A stretch of DNA of 64,000 nucleotides, from NCBI GenBank assembly GCA_963727625.1, contig CAVSHR010000011.1, forward strand, positions 64,001-128,000, read 5' to 3'. The position numbers and the translations under genes were made by a program. Below the pieces are notes generated by a model. That model was given only the letters and a program-made list of their open reading frames with translations, was not told the origin of the DNA and searched no databases. Positions 8,248 through 17,279 of this stretch are shown piece after piece; within the stretch, counting starts at the first letter, position 1; each line of letters starts with the position of its first letter. The stretch comes from an uncultured delta proteobacterium. GTDB taxonomy: Bacteria > Desulfobacterota > Binatia > UBA9968.

Positions 8248-9375
8248 CTAAAGCGAATAAAATTCTTTCGGATTATGAATGAGAATCTTTTCGACTAACT
8301 CTGCTGAAATATCCTCGCGCGACTTCATCGCTTCCACCAGAGCTTTTTCTTCTGCCGGATCGTTGTGGCCGTAATCCGAGCCGATCATCAAGTGATCCTC
8401 GCCGATCTGCTCCGCCAAATAAGGAATATCCTCGTCCGCTTCGCAAGCGACGTAGATACGGTAGTCGCGGAACAGATCCTTGCACGAGGCGTGTTTCCAG
8501 CGCGCGTTGGGAAAAGACGGGCGCGGTCGCGCCGATCGCTTGAGATGATGGTACAGATACGGCACCCAGCTCGCCGACGCTTCGAGAAAACCGAATTTCA
8601 AACTTGGATACTTCTCGGGAATCTCGCTCGCCACCAGATCGCGAAAGCCGATCACCGGTGGCAGTTGCGAGGCGGCGAAGGTGCCGTTCAAGCCCAGATC
8701 GAAAAAATCGTTGATGTGGCGCGAGCTCTGGCCGGTGTGCACACAGATCGGCAGGCCGAGCTTTTCCGCTTCAGCGTAGATCGGATAGAAATGCGGATTG
8801 TTGAGTGTCAACGAACCGACGATGCCGCTGAAGAATAGTCCGACGGAGCCGTTCTTTTTCGCTTTGTGCATCTGCTCGATTGATGCGTCCACGCTGTGCA
8901 GCGGCAGCACGGCAACCCAGCGCAAGCGGCCGCGGCTCTTGGCGAACACTTGGGCTAGATAGCGGTTGTAAGCGGCGCAGAGCGCGCGCTCCAAGGCGTC
9001 ATCGTCGGTCACCTGGATGAGAAACAGGGTCGGGTAGATGATCTGGACGGCGACGCCGGCGCGATCCATGTCGGCCAGGCGGACCTCGACGTCGGTCAAT
9101 TCGCGCGACTCGCGCAGGATGTCGCGGCGCCCGGTCTCGCGCTTGGATGCCGCGGGCGTGATCAGACGGAAGCCGCCTTTGCCGGCGGCTTTGGGAAAGA
9201 TATTGCCGTCGATCAGCCAGAGCATGTTGAAATCGCCATACAACGTGTCTTCCGGAGCAGCGACCATCACCGGCCGGCGCCGTTGCATGTCGTTGTCGAT
9301 CAAGGTCCACATGCTCTGCGATTCTGCGATATGGGTGTCGGCGTCGATGATCCCGTTCATTTTCGTCTCCTCCAT
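8248..9375 (-). CDS. amidohydrolase family protein (Amidohydro_2)
   Basis: IIDADTH, ICVHTG, FLEA, GSDYGHND. Confidence 0.9.
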   Translation of the reverse strand: MEETKMNGIIDADTHIAESQSMWTLIDNDMQRRRPVMVAAPEDTLYGDFNMLWLIDGNIFPKAAGKGGFRLITPAASKRETGRRDILRESRELTDVEVRLADMDRAGVAVQIIYPTLFLIQVTDDDALERALCAAYNRYLAQVFAKSRGRLRWVAVLPLHSVDASIEQMHKAKKNGSVGLFFSGIVGSLTLNNPHFYPIYAEAEKLGLPICVHTGQSSRHINDFFDLGLNGTFAASQLPPVIGFRDLVASEIPEKYPSLKFGFLEASASWVPYLYHHLKRSARPRPSFPNARWKHASCKDLFRDYRIYVACEADEDIPYLAEQIGEDHLMIGSDYGHNDPAEEKALVEAMKSREDISAELVEKILIHNPKEFYSL

Positions 9376-9484
9376 CCGGTTGTCCCCGACTCTATCGAGG
9401 AGCGAAACTCCGGGTCAAGTGGTCGACGGCCTGTGGCGGTGCTTTCGCGGTTAAAAATAAGTCTGCCGACATTCGGTCAGCGAA

Positions 9485-9554
9485 AGATCTCTCGCGTTGC
9501 TCGATATGACACAGCCGATTTTTGGTCGTCATTCCGAGCGTTAGCGAGGAATCT
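9485..9554. repeat. inverted pair of REP-like palindromes
   Basis: AGATCTCTCGCGTTGCTCGATATGAC ... GTCATTCCGAGCGTTAGCGAGGAATCT in a divergent intergenic region. Confidence 0.6.
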
Positions 9555-9675
9555 TTCCCTGTATTTCGACGCGGGCAATCTCTGGCTGAATCAGCGGCAT
9601 TCCGAATTCTGGTTTGACAGCAAAACAGCGCGCGTGGTTAAAGTTACCGAGAATCGACGCGAGGGAGGGCGGCTT

Positions 9676-10794
9676 ATGATCGGGGGATTTCGAGTCTATG
9701 ATGCCGACGCGCATGTCAATATCGCGCCGCAAATGTGGGAAGATCTGCCGAAAGAGTTCGCCGCGCGCCGGCCGCGTCCGGCGTTAATTCACGATGGCAG
9801 CGAGCTCGGCGGGTTCACCGCCGGCTGGTTGATCGACGGCCGCATGGAGCCACACGCCTTGGGGCCGGGTTTGCAGCCGGCCACGCCGCCGCGTTGGGTG
9901 GTCGAAGGACCGGATCGCGGCTCTTTGACGCTGGTCGACCCGGAGGCGCGCATCCGCGATCTCGATCGTCTGGGGATCGATGTGCAATTTTTGTTTCCCT
10001 CCACTTTATACGCCCGCTGGACCGCGGATCCACGTTTCGAAGCGGCGCTGTGTCGCGCTTTCAACCGCTTCATCGCGCGGCAAACCAAGCCATTCTCGAA
10101 GCGCTTGAAATGGGCCGGCCTGGTTCCGCTGCGCGAACCGCGCGAATCTATCCCGGCTCTAACTGAGATGATTGAGCTTGGCGCTTCCGCCGCGGTGGTT
10201 TTCGGCACCGCCCAGGACAAGATGCTGAGCGATCCGAGCTTCACGGATTTTTGGGACGAGTTCGCCCGCTGCAAGCTGCCGCTCTGCGTGCACATGGCGG
10301 CGAGCTTTCCGCCGTTCGATAGTTGCGTGGAAACGTTTCTGGGTGCGCACGCGCTCAGCATGGCTCTGCCTGCGCAAATGGCGTTCGTGGCGTTGCTCGC
10401 TACCGGCATGATGGATCGTTATCCCGATCTCCGGATCGCCTTCATGGAGTTCGGCGCCGAATGGATTTTCTACATGGTCGGCCGCCTGGATCATTATTTG
10501 GCGCGGGACCGCGAAATCCAGCCTCAAGTGCTTAACGCGCGCATGCCGGCGCACACGATGAAGGAATACCTCCGCTCTGGACGGGTGTTTATCTGCGGCG
10601 AGATGGAAGATCCGCTGATGAAAGAGGAAATCGCGCTGATGGGAGAAGACCAATTGCTTTACTCGTCGGACTATCCCCACGGCGAGGGGCGCGAAAAGGC
10701 CGCCCAAGAGCTATTGGAAAGACGCGATATCAGCCAAGCGCAAAAGCAGAAAATCCTCCACGACAATCCGATACGATTGTTCGGTGCAGTTTGA
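9676..10794 (+). CDS. amidohydrolase family protein (Amidohydro_2)
   Basis: VYDADAH, LCVHM, SSDYPHGE; start moved to ATG 9676 after a GGAGG RBS. Confidence 0.9.
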   Translation: MIGGFRVYDADAHVNIAPQMWEDLPKEFAARRPRPALIHDGSELGGFTAGWLIDGRMEPHALGPGLQPATPPRWVVEGPDRGSLTLVDPEARIRDLDRLGIDVQFLFPSTLYARWTADPRFEAALCRAFNRFIARQTKPFSKRLKWAGLVPLREPRESIPALTEMIELGASAAVVFGTAQDKMLSDPSFTDFWDEFARCKLPLCVHMAASFPPFDSCVETFLGAHALSMALPAQMAFVALLATGMMDRYPDLRIAFMEFGAEWIFYMVGRLDHYLARDREIQPQVLNARMPAHTMKEYLRSGRVFICGEMEDPLMKEEIALMGEDQLLYSSDYPHGEGREKAAQELLERRDISQAQKQKILHDNPIRLFGAV

Positions 10795-10891
10795 TCGCTA
10801 ATCGCAACTCAAACCGCTGAAACCGTCCGCGCGGTTTTGACCAAAGGGTGCAGTTTGTATTATGTAAAGAGCTAATAAGGATGCACAACGG

Positions 10892-11293
10892 ATGGAACTG
10901 GCGACATTCAGCGACAAGATCCAACAAACAATCGATTCCGGCAAAGAGAAAATGTACTTCGATTTGGTGGGAACGGCGAACATGCGCTGCTGGTTGAACG
11001 TCTATATGCCTGGCTCGGGCACCGTGGGGCTGCATTACCACAACAGCGACGAGACCTTTACGGTGATCGAAGGCAGCGGCGAACTCGTTCATCGCGACGG
11101 CAGCCGGACGGCGATCGAGAAGGGCAGCGTCGTGCTGATCCCGGCGAAGTCCTATTACAACATTAAAAATGCCGGCGACAGCGTGATGGCGCTCCTGGGC
11201 AATCGCGCCGAACCGTTCGGCGGTCCGACGATTTTTCTCGATCCGGAGCTCAACGAGAAAATGAAAGGGCGAAAACAGTTCGAGCGGATTTAA
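10892..11293 (+). CDS. cupin domain protein
   Basis: GLHYHNSDETFTVIEGSG cupin motif. Confidence 0.85.
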   Translation: MELATFSDKIQQTIDSGKEKMYFDLVGTANMRCWLNVYMPGSGTVGLHYHNSDETFTVIEGSGELVHRDGSRTAIEKGSVVLIPAKSYYNIKNAGDSVMALLGNRAEPFGGPTIFLDPELNEKMKGRKQFERI

Positions 11294-11427
11294 AAGAGTC
11301 TAGAGTTTGGGTCTAGCTCGGGCAAATCGCCGGGCCTGCAACGAGACGGCGGCGCCGGCTCTTTCAAAACCATAGAACGCGTATTAAGTAATAAAGCAGC
11401 AACTTATGTTTTTAGGAGAGAAGCACC

Positions 11428-12516
11428 GTGGGAATTATTGACGCGGACACTCATATCGACGAAACAGATGACACCTGGGAGTACATACAAGAGTCGGATC
11501 TGACCTACAAGCCGACGACGGCCTATCCAGCCAATCCTGACCCGAAGCTGCCGCCGGCGCGCTACTGGGTGATCGATGGCAAGCGCCAGGTTCGTTTTAT
11601 CCGAAGCGACAAGGATTCCGGCACCACCGTCGAAACGCGCGAGCTTTTGGACGTGAAGGCCCGGCTCAAGCATATGGATGAGCTGGGCACGGACATTCAA
11701 GTTATCTATCCGACCTTGTTTTTGATGGAGGCGACGGATAAGCCGGAGATCAACACGGCGATGCGCCGCAGTTACAACCGCTGGCTGGGCGAGCGGTGCG
11801 GCCAGTCGGGCGGCAGGTTGCGTTGGGTGTGCATGCCGCCGCTGCAAAATATGGCCGCGACCGTTGAAGAACTCACTTGGGCTAAGGAGCACGGCGCCTG
11901 CGGTGTGCTCAAGAAAGGCGACCGTGAGGCGGGAAAATATCCAGCCGATCCCTATTTTGAACCGTTGTACGCCGAAGCGGAGAAACTCGACTTACCCATC
12001 TGCCTGCACACCGGTTCCGGGATTCCGGATTTTTCTCCGGCCAGAGAGTTTTCCCACGGACAATTCATGCGCACGAAAGCCGCGGCGATCAATGGCGTGC
12101 TCGGGATGGTTTTGCACAAAATCCCGATCAAGTTTCCCAAGCTCCGCATCGGCTGCATCGAAGCCGGTTCGATGTGGACGCCGTTCGTGGCTTACGATTT
12201 AAAGCGGCAGGCGTTCCGGCAAAAGGGGCGCGAGTCGGTAGGAGTGCTCGGCGTGCCGCAGATCGAGCTTCCGTCCAATGTATTCAAAGACAACCGGATC
12301 TACGTCACTTGTCAGGTGGATGAAGATCTGCCCTATATTTTCAAAACCGTCGGCGAAGATAATTTAATGGTCGGCTCCGACTACACCCATCGCGATCCGT
12401 CGATGGAGCTTGAGTTCCGCAAGGAACTGCAAGCGCGCGCGGACAAGGGCGATATCCCGCAAGCGGCAATTCAGAAGATTCTCTATGACAATCCGAAGGC
12501 GTTTTACGCGCTTTAA
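11428..12516 (+). CDS. amidohydrolase family protein (Amidohydro_2)
   Basis: IIDADTH, ICLHTG, CIEAG, GSDYTHRD. Confidence 0.9.
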   Translation: MGIIDADTHIDETDDTWEYIQESDLTYKPTTAYPANPDPKLPPARYWVIDGKRQVRFIRSDKDSGTTVETRELLDVKARLKHMDELGTDIQVIYPTLFLMEATDKPEINTAMRRSYNRWLGERCGQSGGRLRWVCMPPLQNMAATVEELTWAKEHGACGVLKKGDREAGKYPADPYFEPLYAEAEKLDLPICLHTGSGIPDFSPAREFSHGQFMRTKAAAINGVLGMVLHKIPIKFPKLRIGCIEAGSMWTPFVAYDLKRQAFRQKGRESVGVLGVPQIELPSNVFKDNRIYVTCQVDEDLPYIFKTVGEDNLMVGSDYTHRDPSMELEFRKELQARADKGDIPQAAIQKILYDNPKAFYAL

Positions 12517-12639
12517 GAGCGGGCGAGGTTCCTCGCTTTGCTTGGAATGAATTTGCCCTGTGATTTCGACCGAAGTTGTTTTGACAGAATAGCGGCGGTG
12601 AATTACAGTGAATTCAAATTTAACAGGAGGAGGGCGCAA

Positions 12640-13188
12640 ATGATCGTTCTCAGCCCGGAAGGGAAAGCGAAGACTTCGGCGGCGAAAATTGCCCCGGTGG
12701 CGCGCTTTACGAGTTTACAGGGGAAAACCATCGGGGTGCTAGATAATAGCAAGCCCAACGCCGACAAACTTGCGGAACGTTTGGCTGAACTGTTGAAAGA
12801 GCGCTATGGCGTGGCCCAAGTGATCACTCGGCGCAAGCTGACGGCGCAGCAAGGCGCGCCAAAACAATATATCGAGGAGCTGGCCGCGCAGACGGATTTT
12901 GTCCTAGCCGGTCTCGGTGATTGAGGCTCCTGCACGTCGTGGAGTGTCCACGACTCTTTAGAAATCCAGAAGCGCGGCAAGTTCGCCGTGACTTTCATCA
13001 CCAACGCTTTCACGGCGCTGGCGAAATCCGAAAAGGAAGCGTTCGGGGCGCCGGATCACCCGGTGCTGGTGGTGCAACATCCGATCGGCACCGTCAAAAT
13101 CGAAGAAGTGAACAAGCGCGCCGAAGCGGCGCTCGATCAGTTGGTCGAAATTTTACTCGAGCCGAGCGCTAAAGCGAAGGTTGCGTAG
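12640..13188 (+). CDS. UGSC family selenoprotein 1 (182 aa, UGA at 12922-12924 read as Sec95)
   Basis: ORFs 12538..12924 and 12988..13188 are in frame across TGA: LAGLGD-U-GSCTSWSVHD (UxxC). AGGAGG RBS before ATG 12640; hairpin follows the UGA. Confidence 0.85.
12936..12954 (+). promoter_or_regulatory. putative bacterial SECIS hairpin
   Basis: GTCGTGGA-GTG-TCCACGAC, a perfect 8-bp stem starting 11 nt after the UGA. Confidence 0.75.
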
Positions 13189-13279
13189 TAAAAGCACTTG
13201 CAAGTTTCGGGTTTCGAGTCTTGAGTTTAAGCGGAGATTCGAAACCCGAACTTTTTGTATTGTTACTTTTCCTAATTCC

Positions 13280-13361
13280 GTCATGTCGGCGCTGGCCGGC
13301 ATCTATACTTAGTCTTCGGTTGCGCGAACCAAACCTGGATTTCCGCCTGCGCGGGAATGAC
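13280..13361. repeat. REP-like inverted pair
   Basis: GTCATGTCGGCGCTGGCCGGCATCT ... GGATTTCCGCCTGCGCGGGAATGAC. Confidence 0.5.
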
Positions 13362-13401
13362 GGATAGGAAATTCAAAGTTCCTTGTTGAAGGGGTAGTCT
13401 T

Positions 13402-14454
13402 ATGGCAACGGCAGCACTGCAAGCGGAAAAGTTCGAAATCCCGGATGATATTTGGGAAGCGCAGGAATACTTCGTCGAAAAAGGTTGGTCCGATGGGCTG
13501 CCGGTCATACCTCCGACCGAAGCGCGCGTGGCGAAGATGCTAACCGGAACTAAGCGCAAGCCTGACGAAGCGATCGGGTCTGTGCCGCCGCGTTGGGCGG
13601 TCGCCACGGTGGAAAAGATCGCCATCAACGGCGTCATGGCCGGCTGCAAGCCCGAGTACATGCCGACTTTGATCGCCGTGGTCGAAGGGCTCTGTGATCC
13701 CAAGCTCAATCTCTACGCATTGCAAGCGACCACAGGCGGGCCGGCGGTGATGGCGATTATCAACGGTCCGGTGCGCAAACAGCTCAACGTTAACGGTGGC
13801 TCCAACGCTCTCGGTGAAGGCTGGCGCGCCAACGCGACCATCGGCCGTTTCGTGCAGATGGTCAAGCGCAATATCGGCGGTTCGCTCCCTGGCACGACCT
13901 GTAAGGCGACGTTGGGCTGGCCGGGAAAATATTCCATCTGCATCGGCGAAAACGAGGAATCGAGCCCTTGGGAGCCGCTGCACGTCGAGCGCGGCTTCAC
14001 AAAGGAACAGAGCACCGTGACGGCGATCAGCGCAGATGCGTCCGTGCGTGCGTCCGATTTGGACAGTACCAAGGCCGTAGGCATTCTCACCAATTTTGCC
14101 CAGCGTATGGAAGGGCCCTCGGGGCCGGAAGCGATCATGGTGGTCTGCCCCGAGCACGCCAAAATCATCGCGGGCGACGGTTTCAGTAAGAAAGACGTGC
14201 AGCAATTTGTCTGGGAGCGCGCCGCCTATCGGATGAAGGACCTGCCCGAGGAGACTTTCGCGCAACGGGTCAAACGCCGCTCCGATCTCAAGTTGACGCG
14301 CGACAGCATTATTCCCGTGACCGATAAGCCGGAAGATATCCTCGTCGTGGTCGCCGGCGGCGACGGCTCGCAGTCACAATATATCCATGTCTGGGGCCAA
14401 GGCACGCCGGAAGGCGGGTCGACGCGGTCGGTAACGAAATTGATCAAAGCATAA
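13402..14454 (+). CDS. UGSC-associated hypothetical protein 1 (DGLPVIPPT motif)
   Basis: 350 aa; GWSDGLPVIPPT, IAINGVMAGC.PEY, QATT, NATIGR, GWPGKY, SPWEPLHVE; paralog of 15190..16254. Confidence 0.85.
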   Translation: MATAALQAEKFEIPDDIWEAQEYFVEKGWSDGLPVIPPTEARVAKMLTGTKRKPDEAIGSVPPRWAVATVEKIAINGVMAGCKPEYMPTLIAVVEGLCDPKLNLYALQATTGGPAVMAIINGPVRKQLNVNGGSNALGEGWRANATIGRFVQMVKRNIGGSLPGTTCKATLGWPGKYSICIGENEESSPWEPLHVERGFTKEQSTVTAISADASVRASDLDSTKAVGILTNFAQRMEGPSGPEAIMVVCPEHAKIIAGDGFSKKDVQQFVWERAAYRMKDLPEETFAQRVKRRSDLKLTRDSIIPVTDKPEDILVVVAGGDGSQSQYIHVWGQGTPEGGSTRSVTKLIKA

Positions 14455-14528
14455 GAGATCAAACGTTCGAGCCGTTCAATTCGTTCCAGACGTTAAAGCC
14501 GAAAAGATTATTTTTGGGAGATTCATCT

Positions 14529-15089
14529 ATGGCAACGATAAAATTTCTCGATCCGAGAGTGACGATAAATCCCAAAGACCGGCCGCTGGTGCCGGCTCTG
14601 GATACGCTGGAAAACAAAGTCATCGGCATCATCGATAACGGCCAGGCCAATTCGACAACGATGTTTCAGGAGCTGGCCAAATTGATTCAAGAAAAGTTCC
14701 AGACAAAAGAAGTGCTTTTCAAAACCAAGCCGACGCATATGCAGGGCGCGCCGAAGGCAATGATGGACGAAATTCTCAGCCGGTGCGACGCGGTGATCAC
14801 CGGTTTGGGGGCTTGAGGGTCGTGCACGTCGTGGAGTGTCCACGACGCCATCGAGCTGCAAAAGAAAGGAAAGCCGACGGTGACGCTGTGCCAGTCGATT
14901 TTCATGGAGCTGGCGCGCACCGAAGCGAAATTTTTTGGCCTGGCGAAACTTCCTTTAGTTGAAATCCCGCATCACCCAAGTGGCGGTGCGCGGCCGGGCG
15001 AACATCGAGCAGACGCAGAGGGGGCGATTAATTTGGTCAATGAGCAGTTGACGCTGGGCGGGAGAATGAAAAACTCGCAGGTGGCGTAA
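14529..15089 (+). CDS. UGSC family selenoprotein 2 (186 aa, UGA at 14814-14816 read as Sec96)
   Basis: ORFs 14514..14816 and 14880..15089 are in frame across TGA: DAVITGLGA-U-GSCTSWSVHD; GGAG RBS before ATG 14529. Confidence 0.85.
14827..14847 (+). promoter_or_regulatory. putative bacterial SECIS hairpin
   Basis: CGTCGTGGA-GTG-TCCACGACG, with the same core and spacing as copy 1. Confidence 0.75.
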
Positions 15090-15189
15090 CCTCCCACCTC
15101 GGTCCTCCCCCGAGGTGGCGGAGGAAATGAAATTACCCGATATGATCTTGATAGTGCGATTGCCATTCTAATTCGGAGCTTCGTAACAA

Positions 15190-16254
15190 ATGACTCTCAT
15201 TTCAAACGTCATCGAAGTCGAAGACACTTGGGAAGCGGTCAATGACTGGTTTTGCAAGGAAAAGCTGAGCGATGGCTTGCCGATCGTGCCGCCGACGGCT
15301 GAGCGCGTTGAGAAAATGCTCAGTGCGACGGATCGTGATCCCGCCGAGGTGATCGGGCCGATCCCGCCCAGGTGGGCGCCATGCTCGATCGAAAAGATTG
15401 CGATCAACGCGGTCATGGCCGGCTGTTTGCCCGAGTATCTGCCGGTGATCATCGCCGCGGTCGAAGCGATCTGCGAACCGCGTTTCAACCTTTATGGTGT
15501 TCAGGCCACGACTGGTTACGTCGGGCCGGCGCTGTTGCTCAACGGTCCGATTCGACGGCAATTGAACGTCAATTGCGATTCCGGTGTGTTCGGTCCGGGC
15601 TTCCGCTCCAACGCGACCATCGGCCGCGCCATGCGCTTGATTCTCATCACCGTCGGCGGCGGTTATCCGGGCGACACGGATCGATCGACGTTTGGTTGGC
15701 CCGGCAAGTACACCATGTGTTTCGGCGAGAACCAGGAGAAAAGCCCCTGGGAGCCGTATCACGTCGAATTCGGCTTCACGCCCAGCGATAGCACGGTAAC
15801 CGTGTTCGGCATCAACGGCTTTCTGCCGATCCACACCGCCGGCAATCGCGGCGAGCAGGCGCTCGCGTCATTGGCCGAAGTGATCAAAATGCATCACGGC
15901 GTGAGCCATCTCGACGTCGGCAGTTTCGGCGGCGGCACGCCGCTGATCGCGCTGGGCATCGAGGACGCCGAGATCATGGCGCGCGACGGCATCACCAAGA
16001 AGCAGGTCAAAGACTATCTCTGGGAACACGCGTCGTTAAAATTCTCCGAGGTCCCGGCGCGGCGCAAAGGCCATAAGAGCGACGAAGAGTTGTGCCGCGA
16101 AACGCCGAACATGACGCCGGACGGCGTGGTCCATTTGTCGACCAAACCCGAAGACATCATGATCATCGTCATTGGCGGCAAGCATCGCCATTCGGTGTTC
16201 CTGCCGATGTGGACCGGGCGCAACACTTTGTGCGTAATCAAGGGGATAAAATAG
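15190..16254 (+). CDS. UGSC-associated hypothetical protein 2 (DGLPIVPPT motif)
   Basis: 354 aa; same conserved blocks as 13402..14454. Confidence 0.85.
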   Translation: MTLISNVIEVEDTWEAVNDWFCKEKLSDGLPIVPPTAERVEKMLSATDRDPAEVIGPIPPRWAPCSIEKIAINAVMAGCLPEYLPVIIAAVEAICEPRFNLYGVQATTGYVGPALLLNGPIRRQLNVNCDSGVFGPGFRSNATIGRAMRLILITVGGGYPGDTDRSTFGWPGKYTMCFGENQEKSPWEPYHVEFGFTPSDSTVTVFGINGFLPIHTAGNRGEQALASLAEVIKMHHGVSHLDVGSFGGGTPLIALGIEDAEIMARDGITKKQVKDYLWEHASLKFSEVPARRKGHKSDEELCRETPNMTPDGVVHLSTKPEDIMIIVIGGKHRHSVFLPMWTGRNTLCVIKGIK

Positions 16255-16277
16255 AGAAATAGTTTAAAGGAGATCGC

Positions 16278-17279
16278 ATGCATCAGATTGGGCGTTTCGT
16301 CGGTTTGGTAATTTTATTGATTGCGGTTGTCGCGACGCCGTTTGCGGCGGCCCAAGACAAGGTTCGCATGGGGTTGAGCTCGGTGAGCGCATTGCACAGC
16401 GCCGTGTGGGTGGCCGAGCAAAAGGGTTTATTTCGCAAGCATGGTATCGATCCGGAAATCATCGTTACCGGGCAAGGCGGCACCGCCGGCATCGGCGCGC
16501 TGCTCGCCAACGATATTCAAATGGCGAGCTCGGCCGGCGATTCGCTGGTAGCGGCGGCGTTGCGCGGCGGCGATACGGTGATGGTTGCGGGCGTCGTCAA
16601 CAAGGGTTTACAGAGGATTGTCACGACACCAGACATCAAGGTGCCGGCGGATTTGAAAGGCAAACGCATCGGCGTCACCCGCATCGGCGCGGTGTCGTAT
16701 TCCGTTTTGCTCATGATGCTGCAGCGCTGGAAGATGACCACGAACGACGTGCAAGTCATGCAAGTCGGCTCGTCGCCGAACATGCTCGCCGCCATGGCCA
16801 AAGGGGGGCTCGACGCCGCCGTATTGACGATTCCGTCGATGTTCGTCGCCGAAGATCGGGGCTATCGCACGTTGCTCGATATGGCCGACACCGATATTTA
16901 TTATCTGCACACGATGATCGCGACCACGAACCACTATATCAAAGCCCACCGCGATGTCGTGCTGAGATTTCTCAAGGGCTACCTTGAGGGGATTGCCTAT
17001 GTGAAACAGCATCGAAAGGAAAGCGCCGAAGTCGTCAAGAAAAAACTCCGCATCGGCGCCGCTCAAGAGCACAACCTGGAGCGGTCCATCGATTTGCTGA
17101 GCGATAAATATTACGAGCAGGTTCCGTACCCCGCCATGCGCGGCGTCGAGACCGTGCTCGGTTTTGTCGAACGGGACAATCCCAAGGCAAGCGGCGCCGA
17201 TCCCAAGTCATTCGTCGATGATAGCCTGCTGCGCGAGATCGATCAGAGCGGTTTTATAAAGAAGCTCTACCAGCGCTAG
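16278..17279 (+). CDS. ABC transporter substrate-binding protein (NMT1/THI5-like)
   Basis: Signal peptide, WVAEQKGLF.KHG, DLKGKRIGVTR, FVDDSLLREI. Confidence 0.9.
   Translation: MHQIGRFVGLVILLIAVVATPFAAAQDKVRMGLSSVSALHSAVWVAEQKGLFRKHGIDPEIIVTGQGGTAGIGALLANDIQMASSAGDSLVAAALRGGDTVMVAGVVNKGLQRIVTTPDIKVPADLKGKRIGVTRIGAVSYSVLLMMLQRWKMTTNDVQVMQVGSSPNMLAAMAKGGLDAAVLTIPSMFVAEDRGYRTLLDMADTDIYYLHTMIATTNHYIKAHRDVVLRFLKGYLEGIAYVKQHRKESAEVVKKKLRIGAAQEHNLERSIDLLSDKYYEQVPYPAMRGVETVLGFVERDNPKASGADPKSFVDDSLLREIDQSGFIKKLYQR

Noticed and set aside
9283-9675. N-terminal extension giving a 503-aa amidohydrolase
   Set aside because: It overlaps the divergent gene and REP repeats; the RBS and family start point to ATG 9676.
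12538-13188. ORF-track calls 12538..12924, 12921..13172 and 12988..13188 as separate genes or a pseudogene
   Set aside because: Better explained as one UGA-recoded gene: the frame is continuous and the UGA position and hairpin are conserved in the paralog.
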